From a bacterium (GTDB taxonomy: Bacteria > UBA8248 > JACPRG01 > G963555815), in contig OZ244653.1 in the NCBI GenBank assembly GCA_965218795.1, positions 1,888,001 through 1,952,000 of the forward strand: a stretch of 64,000 nucleotides of DNA, given 5' to 3'. A program made the translations under genes and the position numbers. The notes below the pieces were generated by a model. The model made no database searches. It saw only the letters and a list, made by a program, of their open reading frames with translations, and was not told where the DNA came from. Shown here in pieces: positions 19,551 through 30,273 of the stretch (positions within the stretch are counted from its first letter, which is position 1; each line of letters opens with the position of its first letter).

Positions 19551-21377
19551 TTGAGTGCTCACATCGCCTATCTGGACGGACCGCGCCTGCGCCGGTCTCT
19601 GGTCGCCGCCTGCGAGTACACCCGCCAGCAGCGGCAGGAACTGAACCGCATCAACGTCTTTCCGGTGCCCGACGGCGACACCGGCACCAACCTGGCCCTC
19701 ACCGTGGAGGCCATCGCGGACCGCCTGCGGCGCAACCGCGACCGGGCAGTTTCCGCCGTCGCGGACGATGCAGCCGAAGCGGCGCTGCTGGGTGCGCGCG
19801 GCAACAGCGGGATGATGCTGTCGCACTTCCTGCTGGGCTTCGCGGCCCACCTGAAGGGACGCAAGCGCGTGGGCCCGCGCGGGTTCGCCGGGGCGCTGGG
19901 CGGGGGCATCGACAACCTCTACAACGCGCTCGACAACCCGGTCGAGGGCACCATTCTGACCGTCATCCGGGACACCGTGAACGCCGCGAAGGAGAGCTCC
20001 GCCACGGACTTCGTCCCCTGCGTCGACCGGCTGGTGGACGCCGCGCGCGAGTCGCTCGAGCGCACGCCCTCGCTGCTCCCGGTGCTCAAGGCGGCGAGGG
20101 TGGTGGACGCCGGCGGCCGCGGTTTCGTGCACATGCTGGAGGGCGTGCTCCTGCTCATCAACGGGGACCCGATCGTCGCCTCCGGAGACGAGACGGATTA
20201 CGCGCAGGTCCCGGCGACCGTCGCCGAGGTCGAGTATCCCGAGGATGAGGAGCAGTACCGCTACTGCACCGAGGCGCTGGTGCGCGGCGAGGGGCTGCCG
20301 GCGTCCGCAATCGTGCGCGAGGAACTGCGCCGCCACGGCGATTCCATAATCGTGGTCAGCTCCGACACCCTGCTCAAGGTGCACGTGCACACGGACGGTC
20401 CTGATGGAGTCTTCTCCTACCTGCGCACGCTGGGCAGGCTCGCCACGAAGAAAGCCGAGGACATGCGCGCCCAGCACGCGGCGGCGCGCCACGGCGGGGG
20501 CGGCCACCAGACCCTGGTGCGGCGTCCCTTCGCGATCGTGACCGACAGCGGCAACGATCTCCCCGAAGACATCATCCGCGCCCACGGCATCCACGTGGTC
20601 CCGGTCGTGCTAGTGGACGGAGGCCGCCCCCTGCGCGACGGCATCGACATCACCGCGGAGGACTTCCACGAGAAGATGCGCGACGCCAGCGGAGAACTGC
20701 CCACCACCTCGCAGCCTCCGCCGCAGGCCTTCGTGGACGGCTTCGCGCGGGCCGCCGAGGACGGCGACCAGATCCTGGGCGTCGTGCTGGGAAGCGGCGT
20801 GTCCGGCACCTTCGGTTCTGCGGAAGCGGCGGTGCGGACCTTCGACAAGGTGCCGGTGCACCTCTTCGACTCCCGCGGAGTGTCGATTCTCGAGGGGCTG
20901 CTCGTGCTGAAGGCGGCGGAACTGGCGGAGAGCGGGACGAGCGCCGGCGAGATCCTGGCCGAACTCTCCCGCGTGCGCGACCAGTCCGGCATTTTCGCCA
21001 CCGTGGACACCTTCGACCGCCTGCTGCACTCGGGGAGGGTGGGGAAGGGCCAGGCCTGGTTCGGGGGCATGCTGGGGGTGAAGCCCATCCTGTCGCTGAC
21101 CGAGGAGGGGAAGGTCGGTCCGGTCGGCAAGGTGATCGGCCGCAAAAAGGTGCTTCCGGCGGTTCTCGGTCTTCTGGAGGACCGCATCCCGGCCGGTGCG
21201 AAGAAACTCCGCTTCGGCGTGGTGCACGTCGGGTGCCCGGAGATCGTCGAGCAGGTCTCGGCCGCCCTGCACGCGCGCTACGGCGACGTGGACATCCTCG
21301 GCGGCCCCACGGCCCCGATCTTCGCCACCCACCTGGGGCTGGGCGCCTGGTGCCTGGCCTACATGGTCGAGGACTAG
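19551..21377 (+). CDS. DAK2-DegV fusion (fatty acid kinase FakA/FakB-like)
   Basis: LNRINVFPVPDGDTGTN, GARGNSG, then IVTDS, PTTSQP, SGVSGT, HLG; TTG 19551 after GGGAGG. Confidence 0.9.
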   Translation: MSAHIAYLDGPRLRRSLVAACEYTRQQRQELNRINVFPVPDGDTGTNLALTVEAIADRLRRNRDRAVSAVADDAAEAALLGARGNSGMMLSHFLLGFAAHLKGRKRVGPRGFAGALGGGIDNLYNALDNPVEGTILTVIRDTVNAAKESSATDFVPCVDRLVDAARESLERTPSLLPVLKAARVVDAGGRGFVHMLEGVLLLINGDPIVASGDETDYAQVPATVAEVEYPEDEEQYRYCTEALVRGEGLPASAIVREELRRHGDSIIVVSSDTLLKVHVHTDGPDGVFSYLRTLGRLATKKAEDMRAQHAAARHGGGGHQTLVRRPFAIVTDSGNDLPEDIIRAHGIHVVPVVLVDGGRPLRDGIDITAEDFHEKMRDASGELPTTSQPPPQAFVDGFARAAEDGDQILGVVLGSGVSGTFGSAEAAVRTFDKVPVHLFDSRGVSILEGLLVLKAAELAESGTSAGEILAELSRVRDQSGIFATVDTFDRLLHSGRVGKGQAWFGGMLGVKPILSLTEEGKVGPVGKVIGRKKVLPAVLGLLEDRIPAGAKKLRFGVVHVGCPEIVEQVSAALHARYGDVDILGGPTAPIFATHLGLGAWCLAYMVED

Positions 21378-21622
21378 GGACTAGCTCAGCTCGGCGAGGG
21401 GGCAGCGCACATGGGCCGCCAAGCGGGCGAGGCACGTCTCCTAGGACGCGGGGCTGGTCACCACGAAGAGCAGATCAACTGCCATGCCGCCATTCTCCAA
21501 ACGTCACCGCGCGGAACCACGCCCACCACGGGACAGCCAGGAACACCCACCCACCACCACCAGACCACTGGAGTTGACCTGTTTCAGTGGACACCTTCAG
21601 ACTGTGCGGAGGAGGTGTTCCG

Positions 21623-21937
21623 ATGGCGAAAACTCATTCACCCTACGCGCCGGAGTACCGGCGCCAGATGGTCGAGCTGGTTCGCTCGGGCCGTACGCCC
21701 GGGGAGCTGGCCCGGGAGTTCGAGTGTTCCGCTTCGGCGATTCGCAACTGGGTGCGTCAGGCCGACCGGGACGAAGGCCGTCGTGAGGATGGTCTGACAA
21801 GCGCCGAGCTTGAGGAGCTGCGACGGCTTCGTCGAGAGGTTCGTCAGCTTCGCGAAGAACGCGAGATACTGGCAAAAGCTACGGCTTGGTTCGCTCGGGA
21901 GACCGGCTCGGTCCGGGCGAAGTCCTCGAGCTCGTGA
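21623..21937 (+). CDS. IS3 transposase OrfA
   Basis: MAKTHSPYAPEYRRQMVELV...LREEREILAKA. Confidence 0.88.
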   Translation: MAKTHSPYAPEYRRQMVELVRSGRTPGELAREFECSASAIRNWVRQADRDEGRREDGLTSAELEELRRLRREVRQLREEREILAKATAWFARETGSVRAKSSSS

Positions 21938-22974
21938 AGGCGAATCAGGCCCATCATCGGGTGGCCACGATGTGCCGGGTGCTGGGCGTCTCCCCCAGCG
22001 GGTACTACGCGTGGCGAGGCCGTGGGCGTTCTCCTCGTGCGAAGCGCGACGAGGTGTTGGGGGGCACGATACGGGCCATCCACGAGGCATCTGGTGGCAC
22101 CTACGGGGCGCCTCGGGTCCATGCCGAGCTGATGGCCGGCGGCTGCCGGGTGAGCCGCAAACGGGTGGCTCGTCTGATGCGCGAGGCAGGGTTGGCCGGG
22201 GTGAGCCGACGCCGAGGTATGCGCACTACGCGCGTGGACCAGAGCCATTGTGTGGTCCCGGACCGGGTCGAACGCCAGTTCCAGGCCGATGGGCCGGATC
22301 GGCTTTGGGTGGCCGACGTGACCTACGTGCCGACCTGGACGGGGTTCGTGTACCTGGCCATCGTGCTCGACGTGTTCAGCCGCCGGGCGGTGGGCTGGTC
22401 CATGACCCACCATCTTCGCACCGAACTGGTGCTCGGGGCGCTGAACATGGCGTTGGGACAGCGCCGCCCCGACGGGGTCGTGCATCACTCCGACAGGGGA
22501 TCGCAGTACACTTCGCTCGCCTTCGGCAAGCGGTGCCGCCAGATGGGGGTGGTTCCCTCGACCGGGTCGGCCGGGGATTGCTTCGACAACGCCATGGCCG
22601 AGAGCTTCTTTGCCACGCTGGAGTGCGAGCTCATCGACCGGCGCTCGTTCCGTACCCAGGCCGAAGCGCGCATGGCGATCTTCCAATTCATCGAAGGCTG
22701 GTACAACCCACGCCGTCGTCATTCGGCCCTGGGTTACCTCAGCCCCAACGACTTCGAACGCGCCGCGGCGAAGGAAACGCCACGTGCAGTGCGCAACGCT
22801 CATCGTCCGGCTCGAGCCGTCCCCGGCGCTTCCCAGAGCGGCGAGCCAAAGGTCAAGACATACCCCCCGGGGGCACCCTATCTATCGGATAGGGAGAAGA
22901 CTTTACGTCCACCGGCTGTCGCCCACCTCAGGGCTGGGGACGACAGCCATAAACTGTCCACTGAAACGGGGTAA
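21886..22974 (+). CDS. IS3 transposase OrfB (DDE)
   Basis: WVADVTY, HSDRGSQY, DNAMAESFFATLECE. Confidence 0.9.
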   Translation: MVRSGDRLGPGEVLELVKANQAHHRVATMCRVLGVSPSGYYAWRGRGRSPRAKRDEVLGGTIRAIHEASGGTYGAPRVHAELMAGGCRVSRKRVARLMREAGLAGVSRRRGMRTTRVDQSHCVVPDRVERQFQADGPDRLWVADVTYVPTWTGFVYLAIVLDVFSRRAVGWSMTHHLRTELVLGALNMALGQRRPDGVVHHSDRGSQYTSLAFGKRCRQMGVVPSTGSAGDCFDNAMAESFFATLECELIDRRSFRTQAEARMAIFQFIEGWYNPRRRHSALGYLSPNDFERAAAKETPRAVRNAHRPARAVPGASQSGEPKVKTYPPGAPYLSDREKTLRPPAVAHLRAGDDSHKLSTETG

Positions 22975-22989
22975 ATCCAACACCACCCC

Positions 22990-23068
22990 CGCCCTCGACA
23001 AACGCTCGGCTGGATGAAACCATGTGAGGTCTTCGCCAAGACCGTTGCGTCGACCGCTTGAGACCGCC
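22990..23068 (+). mobile_element. IS30 family 3' end remnant
   Basis: RPRQTLGWMKPCEVF..VASTA* followed by an IS30-like end TTGAGACCGCC. Confidence 0.7.
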
Positions 23069-23713
23069 CCCGTTTTTGTGGACACCTTCAGACTGTGCGG
23101 AGGAGGTGTTCAGATGGCGAGAACTCATTCACCCTACGCGCCGGAATACCGGCGCCAGATGGTTGAGTTGGTTCGCTCGGGAGACCGGCTCGGTCCGGGC
23201 GAAGTCCTCGAGCTCGTGAAGGCGAATCAGGCCCATCATCGGGTGGCCACGATGTGCCGGGTGCTGGGCGTCTCCCCCAGCGGATACTACGCGTGGCGAA
23301 GCCGTGGGCGCTCTCTTCGTGCCAAGCGCGACGAGGCGTTGCGGGACACGATACGGACCCTCCACGAAGCCTCCCGGGGCACGTACGGGGCGCCTCGGAT
23401 GCATGCCGAGTTGACGGCCAACGGGCGTCGGGTGAGCCGCAAACGGGTAGCTCGTCTGATGCGCGAGGCGAGCTTGGCCGGGGTGAGCCGACGCCGAGGC
23501 ACGCGCACTACGCGCGTGGACCAGAGCCATTGTGTGGTCCCGGACCGGGTCGAACGCCAGTTCCAGGCCGATGCGCCGGATCGGCTTTGGGTGGCCGACG
23601 TGACCTACGTGCCGACCTGGGCGGGGTTCGTGTACCTGGCGGTCGTGCTCGACGTGTTCAGCCGCCGGGTGGTGGGATGGTCCATGACCCACCATCTTCG
23701 CACCGAACTGGTG
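23069..23713 (+). mobile_element. Truncated second copy of the 21569 IS3 with internal deletion
   Basis: Near-identical to 21580-22431 but lacks 209 bp; cut by IS21 at 23714. Confidence 0.88.
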
Positions 23714-23840
23714 TGTAAACGGCGGTGTAAAACTGTCCCACTGAGGCGGTCGGATATTCTGGCCGCGGCGGTCTAAAAGTGGACCGCTCTTTGGTCTTCC
23801 TTCAGGTTGTGCAGGATACGACCTGAAGGGAGGCTGGAGG

Positions 23841-25339
23841 ATGTACTCAGTGGAACTGTACGCACGGGTTCGGCACGCCTGCCGCGTAGAAGGGATGAGC
23901 ATCCGCGAAGCGGCGCGGGCGTTTGGTTTGCACCGGGACACGGTGCGCAAGATGCTGCGGTTTTCGTACCGCCCGGGTATCAGCGGAGTCATCCCCGGGC
24001 GAGGCCGAAGCTGGATCCGTTTACGGGTGTGATCGACCACATCGTGGAGGGGGACCGGAAGTGTGTGAGGAGACAGCGTCACACGGCCAAGCGGATCTTC
24101 GAGAGGCTGCGCGACGAGCACGGTTTCACGGGCGGTTACAGCATCGTGAAGGACTACGTGCGGGAGCGGCGGTAGCGGTCCCAGGAGATGTTCGTTCCCC
24201 TGGTCCACCCATCCGGCCATGGCCAGGCGGATTTTGGCGAGGCCCTGGCGGAGATTGCCGGGGTGGAGGGGAAGGTATCGTTTTTCACCTTCGATTTGCC
24301 CCACAGCGACATGGGTTTCGTGAAGGCCTATCCTGCGGAGAGGACCGAATCCTTCTGCGACGGTCATAACGCGGCCTTCGCCTTCATCGGCGGTGTCTCC
24401 CACAGCATTCTCTACGACAACACCAAGCTTGCGGTGGCACGCATCCTGGGCGATGGGAAGCGTCAGCGCACCCGGGCCTTTAGTGAGTTGCAGTCCCACT
24501 ACCTGTTCAAAGAACGTTTTGGCCGTCTGGGCAAGCCGAATGACAAGGGGAAGGTCGAAAACCTAGTGGGCTATGTCCGGCGGAACTTTTTCGTTCCCAT
24601 CCCGCGCTTTGAGAGCTTCGAGGCCCTCAATGCCCACCTGGAGGAGCAGTGCCGGAAGCGGTGGGGAGCACGCCTGCGTGGGCACAGAGAGAGCATCGGC
24701 GAGCGCTTTGAGCGGGACCGGCAGGTCCTTTTGCCGTTGCCGCCGGTGCCGTACGACGCCTGTGAGAAGAGCGGTACGCGGGTGAGCTCTCTGTCTTTGG
24801 TGCGCTACCGGGGCAACGACTACTCGGTTCCCGTGGCTTACGGCCACCGTGAGGTGCTGGTTCGGGGCTACGTGCACGAGGTGGTCATCACCTGCGGGAC
24901 GGAGGAGATTGCCCGTCACCGGCGCTCCTGCGAGCGGGAGGACCTGGTCTTCAACCCGCTGCATTACCTGGCGCTGATTGAGAAGAAGATCGGTGCACTG
25001 GATCAGGCGGCGCCCCTGGCCGGGTGGGAGTTGCCCGAGGCATTCGGCACGCTGCGCAGGCTGCTTGAAGCGCGCATGGGCAAGGCCGGCAAGCGGGAGT
25101 ACGTCCAGGTCCTGCGGCTGCTCGAGACGTTCGGGTTGGAGGAAGTTGACGCCGGGGTCCGGGATGCCCTGCGGCTGGGAACCATCGGCTTCGATGCGGT
25201 CAAACACCTGATGCTGTGCCGCATCGAGCGCAGGCCTGCCCGGCTGAACCTGGAGGTCTATCCCTATCTGCCGCGCGCCCGGGTTGCGACAACCTCCGCC
25301 CGGGCGTACCTGGACCTGCTCACGGGGGTGCGGCCGTGA
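23841..25339 (+). pseudogene. istA: IS21 transposase IstA, frameshift (~23970) and TAG at 24173
   Basis: MYSVELYARVR HTH, GQADFG, YDN, KGKVE split over three ORFs. Confidence 0.88.
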
Positions 25340-26126
25340 AGGAGACTCCCCAGGTGCTCCTGGCCCATCACCTCAAGGCGCTCAAGCTGCCCACCTTCGG
25401 GAGGGAATACGACAAGGTCGCCCGGCAGTGCGCCGCCGAGGGGGTCGACCACGTGCGTTTTTTGATGCGCCTGTCCGAGCTGGAGCTGATTGACCGGGAG
25501 CGCCGGATGGTGGAGCGGCGAATCAAGGCGGCGCGCTTCCCGGCGGTCAAGAGCCTGGAGAGCTTCGACTTCCTGGCTCTGCCCTCCCTCAACAAGACGC
25601 TGGTTGTGGAACTGGCGAGGTGTGAGTACATCGAACGGCGCGAGAACGTGATTGCCCTGGGCAACAGCGGCACAGGCAAGACCCACATCGCTCTGGGTCT
25701 CGGGCTTGCGGCGTGTCAGAAGGGGTTGTCCGTCGGCTTCACAACCGCCGCCGCGCTGGTCAACGGGTTGCTCGAAGCGCGTGACGAAAAGCGTCAGCTG
25801 CGCCTTCAGAAGCAACTGGCCGCCTACAAGCTTCTGATCATCGATGAACTGGGCTTCGTGCCCTGTCCAAGACCGGCGCCGAACTGCTGTTCGAGGTCTT
25901 CAGCCAGCGCTATGAGCGCGGCTCTATCCTGGCGACGAGCAACCTGCCGTTCGACGAGTGGACCGAGATCTTCGGCTCCGAGCGGCTGACCGGCGCCCTG
26001 CTCGACCGCCTGACGCATCACGTCCACATCCTGGAGATGAACGGCGAAAGCTATCGGCTCAGGCAAAGTAGGAAACGGCGCTCAAACAAACAAGCAAAGC
26101 CTCAAGACTCCGTCCCAATGGAGTGA
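25336..26126 (+). pseudogene. istB: IS21 helper ATPase IstB, frameshift near 25862
   Basis: GNSGTGKTH, LIIDELGF; ALLDRLTHH...MNGESYRL continues in another frame. Confidence 0.88.
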
Positions 26127-26227
26127 GGCCACAACCCAGGAAGGGGGCCCATGGGCCCCCTTCTTCACACACCAGGTGGGACACTTTTACGCCGCCACGC
26201 CGGTACACTTTTACTCCGCCCTTGACA

Positions 26228-26671
26228 ATCCTTCTCCAAGACCACTTGGTTGTCGCGGAAATCCTCAACCATCGTGACTTCGACGTATCGGGCGGAGTCG
26301 GCGTTCTTCTTGGGAATTTTGTCCAGTTCGATGTTCCCGGCCCTCACCTCTTCCACCGCTTCCAGCCATTGGCTCAGGACCTCTTCATCCTTTCGCTCGA
26401 AGAACCTGTGGACCTCTTCCTTGAACTCATTGAAGGCGGCGGGGTCTTCCGCAATATCCTCCAGGATTTCGTTGAAGTTCTTCCGGAACTTCAGATAGGC
26501 GTCATAGATTTCCTCTCCCCCAGCCGACAGGTCCGCCGGCTGAACACCGTCCATCCAAACGCCTTCTTCCTCCTGGGAGGCCAGGACGCTTCCATGCGCC
26601 ACCACGTTCGCCAGGAAACCGTTACCGTAGACTTTCTGCTGGAAGGTAAACAGTAGGGGCCACCGGCTCAT
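26228..26671 (-). CDS. Hypothetical protein, C-terminus cut by IS21 (possible HicB-like fold)
   Basis: ATG 26671 after AGGAGG; the frame runs into the IS21 end. Confidence 0.55.
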
Positions 26672-26956
26672 GCCTTTTCCTCCTGCATTTTTCCGCCAAA
26701 ACACCAATTCACCCGCCTGGAGACGCACCTTTCCTCTCCAGGCTTATAAAATTGGGTGGTCAACTGAAGCATGAACTTGAATATAGATGAGAGAACATCC
26801 CGTGCCAAGGGCGGGTGAAAAATTGTTGATTTCCCCTGTCTGCTGCTCAAGTTTTTGGCAGGAAACCTTGAATCTGCAAGTTTAGACCCGAATGTCATAT
26901 TACCGTAGGCGACTCCGACAACCTTCGAGGGGCACTCCCGACCGAAGCGCTCGATG

Positions 26957-27333
26957 TGGATTCCCGCCTTTGATTGAAGCATTCGAGGGCATGCTTGAGC
27001 GGCAATGACGGGCTGGGGGCGTGTCCCCGAAGGCTCCTATTCGAGGCCATGCCGCAGTGGCTTCCCGTCCTCGTCCGGCAACAAGGCCACTCCCTTTGCC
27101 GCGTGAAGGCGAATGGCCGTCTCCCCCCACCGGAAAATCCGCGGGCTGTGCCCTTGATTTGCCGACTCCCCCTCAAGGGGGGAGTGATTGAAGAAACAGG
27201 GGCGGGCATGACGTGACGCAGGGGGGTTCGCAGGCAGGAGGTCCTTGGGGAGATGAGGGTTTGGTCGGAAGGCTTGAGGCGGCATGGGGCCGTATCCTGC
27301 AAAGGTGGAAAACTGGACGAAAAAAGGCATCAG
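26957..27333. repeat. Third copy of the REP-like composite repeat
   Basis: 27029-27333 aligns with 16999-17303 through AAAAAAGGCATCAG. Confidence 0.8.
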
Positions 27334-27349
27334 AATAAATGTGGATGGG

Positions 27350-27731
27350 GTCACTTGATCCCCTTCGCCGCCCGGTCCTCCAGCCTCAAAAGCCGCTTCG
27401 GACTGGGAGGCCATACCGTTTTTGATCAGGATGTTTGAAGGGTGGGGCTGGAGACTGAGAACCTCTTGAGCTTGAGTTGCCAGCCCAACCTCACGCTCCC
27501 CCGCAGGGGATGCTCCAGAGATAGAGCCAGTTGCGGCTCATGCCCCATCGCCGGCAGGCGTCCGATACGTTACCCAGGACCGCAGCCAGCTGCAGGATGC
27601 TGAGTCGATGATTCATAACCTTTTCTCTGCCGTTGTCATGGCTCCTCCCGCTCTGTCTTCTTCGGTCTTCCGGGGACCTCATGCCCCCTTTGAAAGAGTT
27701 CATCTGTCCGGGAAGAAACCTAAGTCGTACA
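27350..27731 (-). mobile_element. IS481 family remnant
   Basis: TGTA start at 27731; HRLSILQLAAVLGNVSDACRRWGMSR HTH, then broken frames. Confidence 0.65.
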
Positions 27732-27733
27732 GT

Positions 27734-28450
27734 TTAAACATTAATCCGTGATGCATTCAGAAATTCGCATTCGAACCGTGCCGCCTCCGTAAGCCGTGAC
27801 GATACAGTTGGCCATGCTTGGGTAATTTTGTTTTGTCTATGTCGGTAGTCATGTACGTTTTTCTTGAATCGTATCTGCTTTGGCAGGGTAGTGAGTTGGC
27901 CTCCAGGGTTGAGATTACATTCCCAATCGGCTCGTCGAACCCGGTTATTGCTCGGGCAGATAGCGGCCAATACCCAGGCTTCGGTACTTTTGGAAGGCGT
28001 ACATAAGACAACCTGCGGGGGACAAGTTTGTTCTCCAAGCCAGTTGAGAATAACTGATCGCAATGCGTTGGTGGTTCCACTTGGAGGTGGACAGGGTTCG
28101 TGACAGGGCAAATCGTTGCAGGGCGCATCATCAATATTTCCGCTGGAGTATGTTTTGTGTGCAACGTCGGCGTCTACATGCACTATTAATACGTCATGAT
28201 GCGATAATGCCGATGAACCGGACACGGACCCCTGACCCTCTAAAGCTGATTGGCGGCTCCAACGATAAACGCCGACCCATCCAATTCCCGTATCGGTGAA
28301 TTGCGTGGAGCCGAAGGCGACGGATCCCTCCGGCTGCAAGATCTGGAACTCAAATTCGGTATCTGGCAACATTACATCCAAAATTGCTCGAAGCATGATT
28401 GCGTCAGTTGGTCCTTCGACGGCAGCGGCGATGCACAACGGGTCAGACAT
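27734..28450 (-). CDS. TOPRIM-like / DUF4276-like putative nuclease partner of the AAA ATPase
   Basis: VEGPTD, VHVDAD, STEAWVL; overlaps the ATPase stop. Confidence 0.7.
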   Translation of the reverse strand: MSDPLCIAAAVEGPTDAIMLRAILDVMLPDTEFEFQILQPEGSVAFGSTQFTDTGIGWVGVYRWSRQSALEGQGSVSGSSALSHHDVLIVHVDADVAHKTYSSGNIDDAPCNDLPCHEPCPPPSGTTNALRSVILNWLGEQTCPPQVVLCTPSKSTEAWVLAAICPSNNRVRRADWECNLNPGGQLTTLPKQIRFKKNVHDYRHRQNKITQAWPTVSSRLTEAARFECEFLNASRINV

Positions 28451-29633
28451 CAGGAACACCTCCCAGATGTCCCATCACCCACAATCGAGATAGTGACCAG
28501 CCCTGCTTTGCTTTCTCCGATAGCGTACGGTCAACTTTGACACGACGGATGGACGTGCGGCCGGTATTGGTTCGGGATACGGTGAACAACCGCACACGAT
28601 CATCCTGTAAAGGCAGTCCGTCCAATACTAATGGATTATGTGTGGTCAACAAAATCTGGCGCACCATTTCCGCGTCGAGATACCATTGACACAAGTGATC
28701 CATCAGAGATCGCGCCAATCTCGGGTTTAGTCCGTGATCCGCGTTGTCCACTGCACAGAGATCCGGACTTGCTTCGTGGCCGGCGACAACCGCGAGAAAC
28801 AAGGCATACAACGCGCCTTCGGAAGCGTCATAGCCAGAGAGGACGTTTCGTTTCTCGCGCATGAACCGGTCGCGAAACCGAATCACGGTTTTCGAAGCTG
28901 CTGCGGTCGGAGAAAGCGGAAGACGATCGGCCGACACCGAACCGAAGCTTTTGGCCCAATCAATGAGGCCCAGCACGTCTTGGCAAATCCGCTTACCACG
29001 CATATCTCGCTTGCGCTGCTTGAGCAGTTCCAATATTGCCTGTGGAAGGTTGCCTCCATACAAACCCACTGGCTTTCTTGGCTGAGTTTCGGGCGCAACG
29101 CCACGTAGGACCGCGGTTGTTGGAGAAAAAATGACGTAACCTTGAAGCAATCTCAGAAGATCAGGTGCATCCCCGGTAGTGATTTCGACCGCCTTCAGTG
29201 CTGCTATTCCGCGAGTAAGATTAGTTCTGTTTGCTTGTGCGGGTGAACGTCCAACCAGTTTCTCGTTGTCAATTTCCCACAACTCCGTTTTGAATCGCCA
29301 AGCGGGACCGGGATCGTTCAATGGGTTGTGTAGCGAGACTTCGTATTTTGCTTGTCCGCCGAGCGCGCCAAAAAACAAATGTGGAGGAATTCGCTTGCGG
29401 TTTCTCGCGGGAAAGGCGGATTTGTATAATGCGGGAAGGCCAGGCCGGACACCGCGAGCAAGCAAGGTCTGGTCGTCAACTTTTCCGTCTGCTGCAGCTG
29501 AGAGGATCCCCAACGCTTCCAGCAGATTGCTTTTTCCACTGCCGTTGGCGCCAATGAAGACGTTCACCAGTCCGAGTTCAACCGTTACGTCCTCCAAGGA
29601 CTTAAATGTTCTTATCGACAGTTTCTCCAGCAT
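28443..29633 (-). CDS. ABC/AAA_21-type ATPase
   Basis: FKSL, GANGSGKSN, ASEG signature, degenerate Walker B AVDNADHGLNP, TTHNP. Confidence 0.88.
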   Translation of the reverse strand: MLEKLSIRTFKSLEDVTVELGLVNVFIGANGSGKSNLLEALGILSAAADGKVDDQTLLARGVRPGLPALYKSAFPARNRKRIPPHLFFGALGGQAKYEVSLHNPLNDPGPAWRFKTELWEIDNEKLVGRSPAQANRTNLTRGIAALKAVEITTGDAPDLLRLLQGYVIFSPTTAVLRGVAPETQPRKPVGLYGGNLPQAILELLKQRKRDMRGKRICQDVLGLIDWAKSFGSVSADRLPLSPTAAASKTVIRFRDRFMREKRNVLSGYDASEGALYALFLAVVAGHEASPDLCAVDNADHGLNPRLARSLMDHLCQWYLDAEMVRQILLTTHNPLVLDGLPLQDDRVRLFTVSRTNTGRTSIRRVKVDRTLSEKAKQGWSLSRLWVMGHLGGVPDV

Positions 29634-29829
29634 TTAGTCCAGCCCTCCGGTTCCGTGAATCACCATATCCGCGGCCCGAACGGGGCGTCAAGCTGCGGTA
29701 ATCATTCCTGTTATCGGCGGATAGGCTACCTCCATGAGCATAATCGGTGTTGCGGCTCCTGAAGTTCATCGTAAAGGGTAATCGGTGTCAATTGTGGAGG
29801 CGGTGGGAACTTGCTGAATCGTTCCCACT

Positions 29830-30260
29830 CAATAGGTTGCCGTCGATGCTTCTAGTGATGCGAGCCGCTGCAGTCTGGATAGAATCGCGGGCGAGGTGCG
29901 GGTATCGGGCCGTTGTCTGAACTTGAGTGTGGCCCAGAAGTTTTCCAATCATTGTCAGGCTTTCGCCCAGCGCCGGCGTTTATTAAGCGAAACAATATCG
30001 AATGTCATGAATCCGTATATCCACCAGTCCCGCCCGCGTCCGGCTCCGCCGCCAGGGGCGCTGCAGAACGGTGAGCAGGAAGCTGTGCCTGAGATCGGCC
30101 ATGACCGGCTTGGCGTCGCGCGGATCGATGCCTTTCTTCGCCAAAGCCCGTATTTTCAGCGCCTGCGCTTCCTCGGGTGCGAGGGGCCCGTGGGGGCCGA
30201 TGGTGAACCAACGCAGCTTGCCGGCGACACGCCTGGAGAAAACCACGTTCGACACAGAGG
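29830..30260 (-). pseudogene. Phage/ICE integrase, heavily internally deleted
   Basis: Arm-binding-like RWFTIGPHG...GIDP joined to IRIHDIR and GESLTMIGKLLGHTQVQTTARY in shifted frames. Confidence 0.75.
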
Positions 30261-30273
30261 CGTAGCCTACAAA

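Larger units (their letters stand above)
21569..22979 (+). mobile_element. IS3 family element (second type), full-length copy
   Basis: IRs TGGAGTTGACCTGTTTCAGTGGACA / TGGATTTACCCCGTTTCAGTGGACA; orfA and orfB. Confidence 0.9.
23714..26227 (+). mobile_element. IS21 family element, inactivated
   Basis: Ends TGTAAACGGCGGTGTAAAA / TTTTACTCCGCCCTTGACA with internal sub-repeats; istA and istB; no target duplication. Confidence 0.9.

Noticed and set aside
26140-26163. Perfect 24-bp palindrome
   Set aside because: Lies inside IS21 after istB; ordinary terminator-like hairpin
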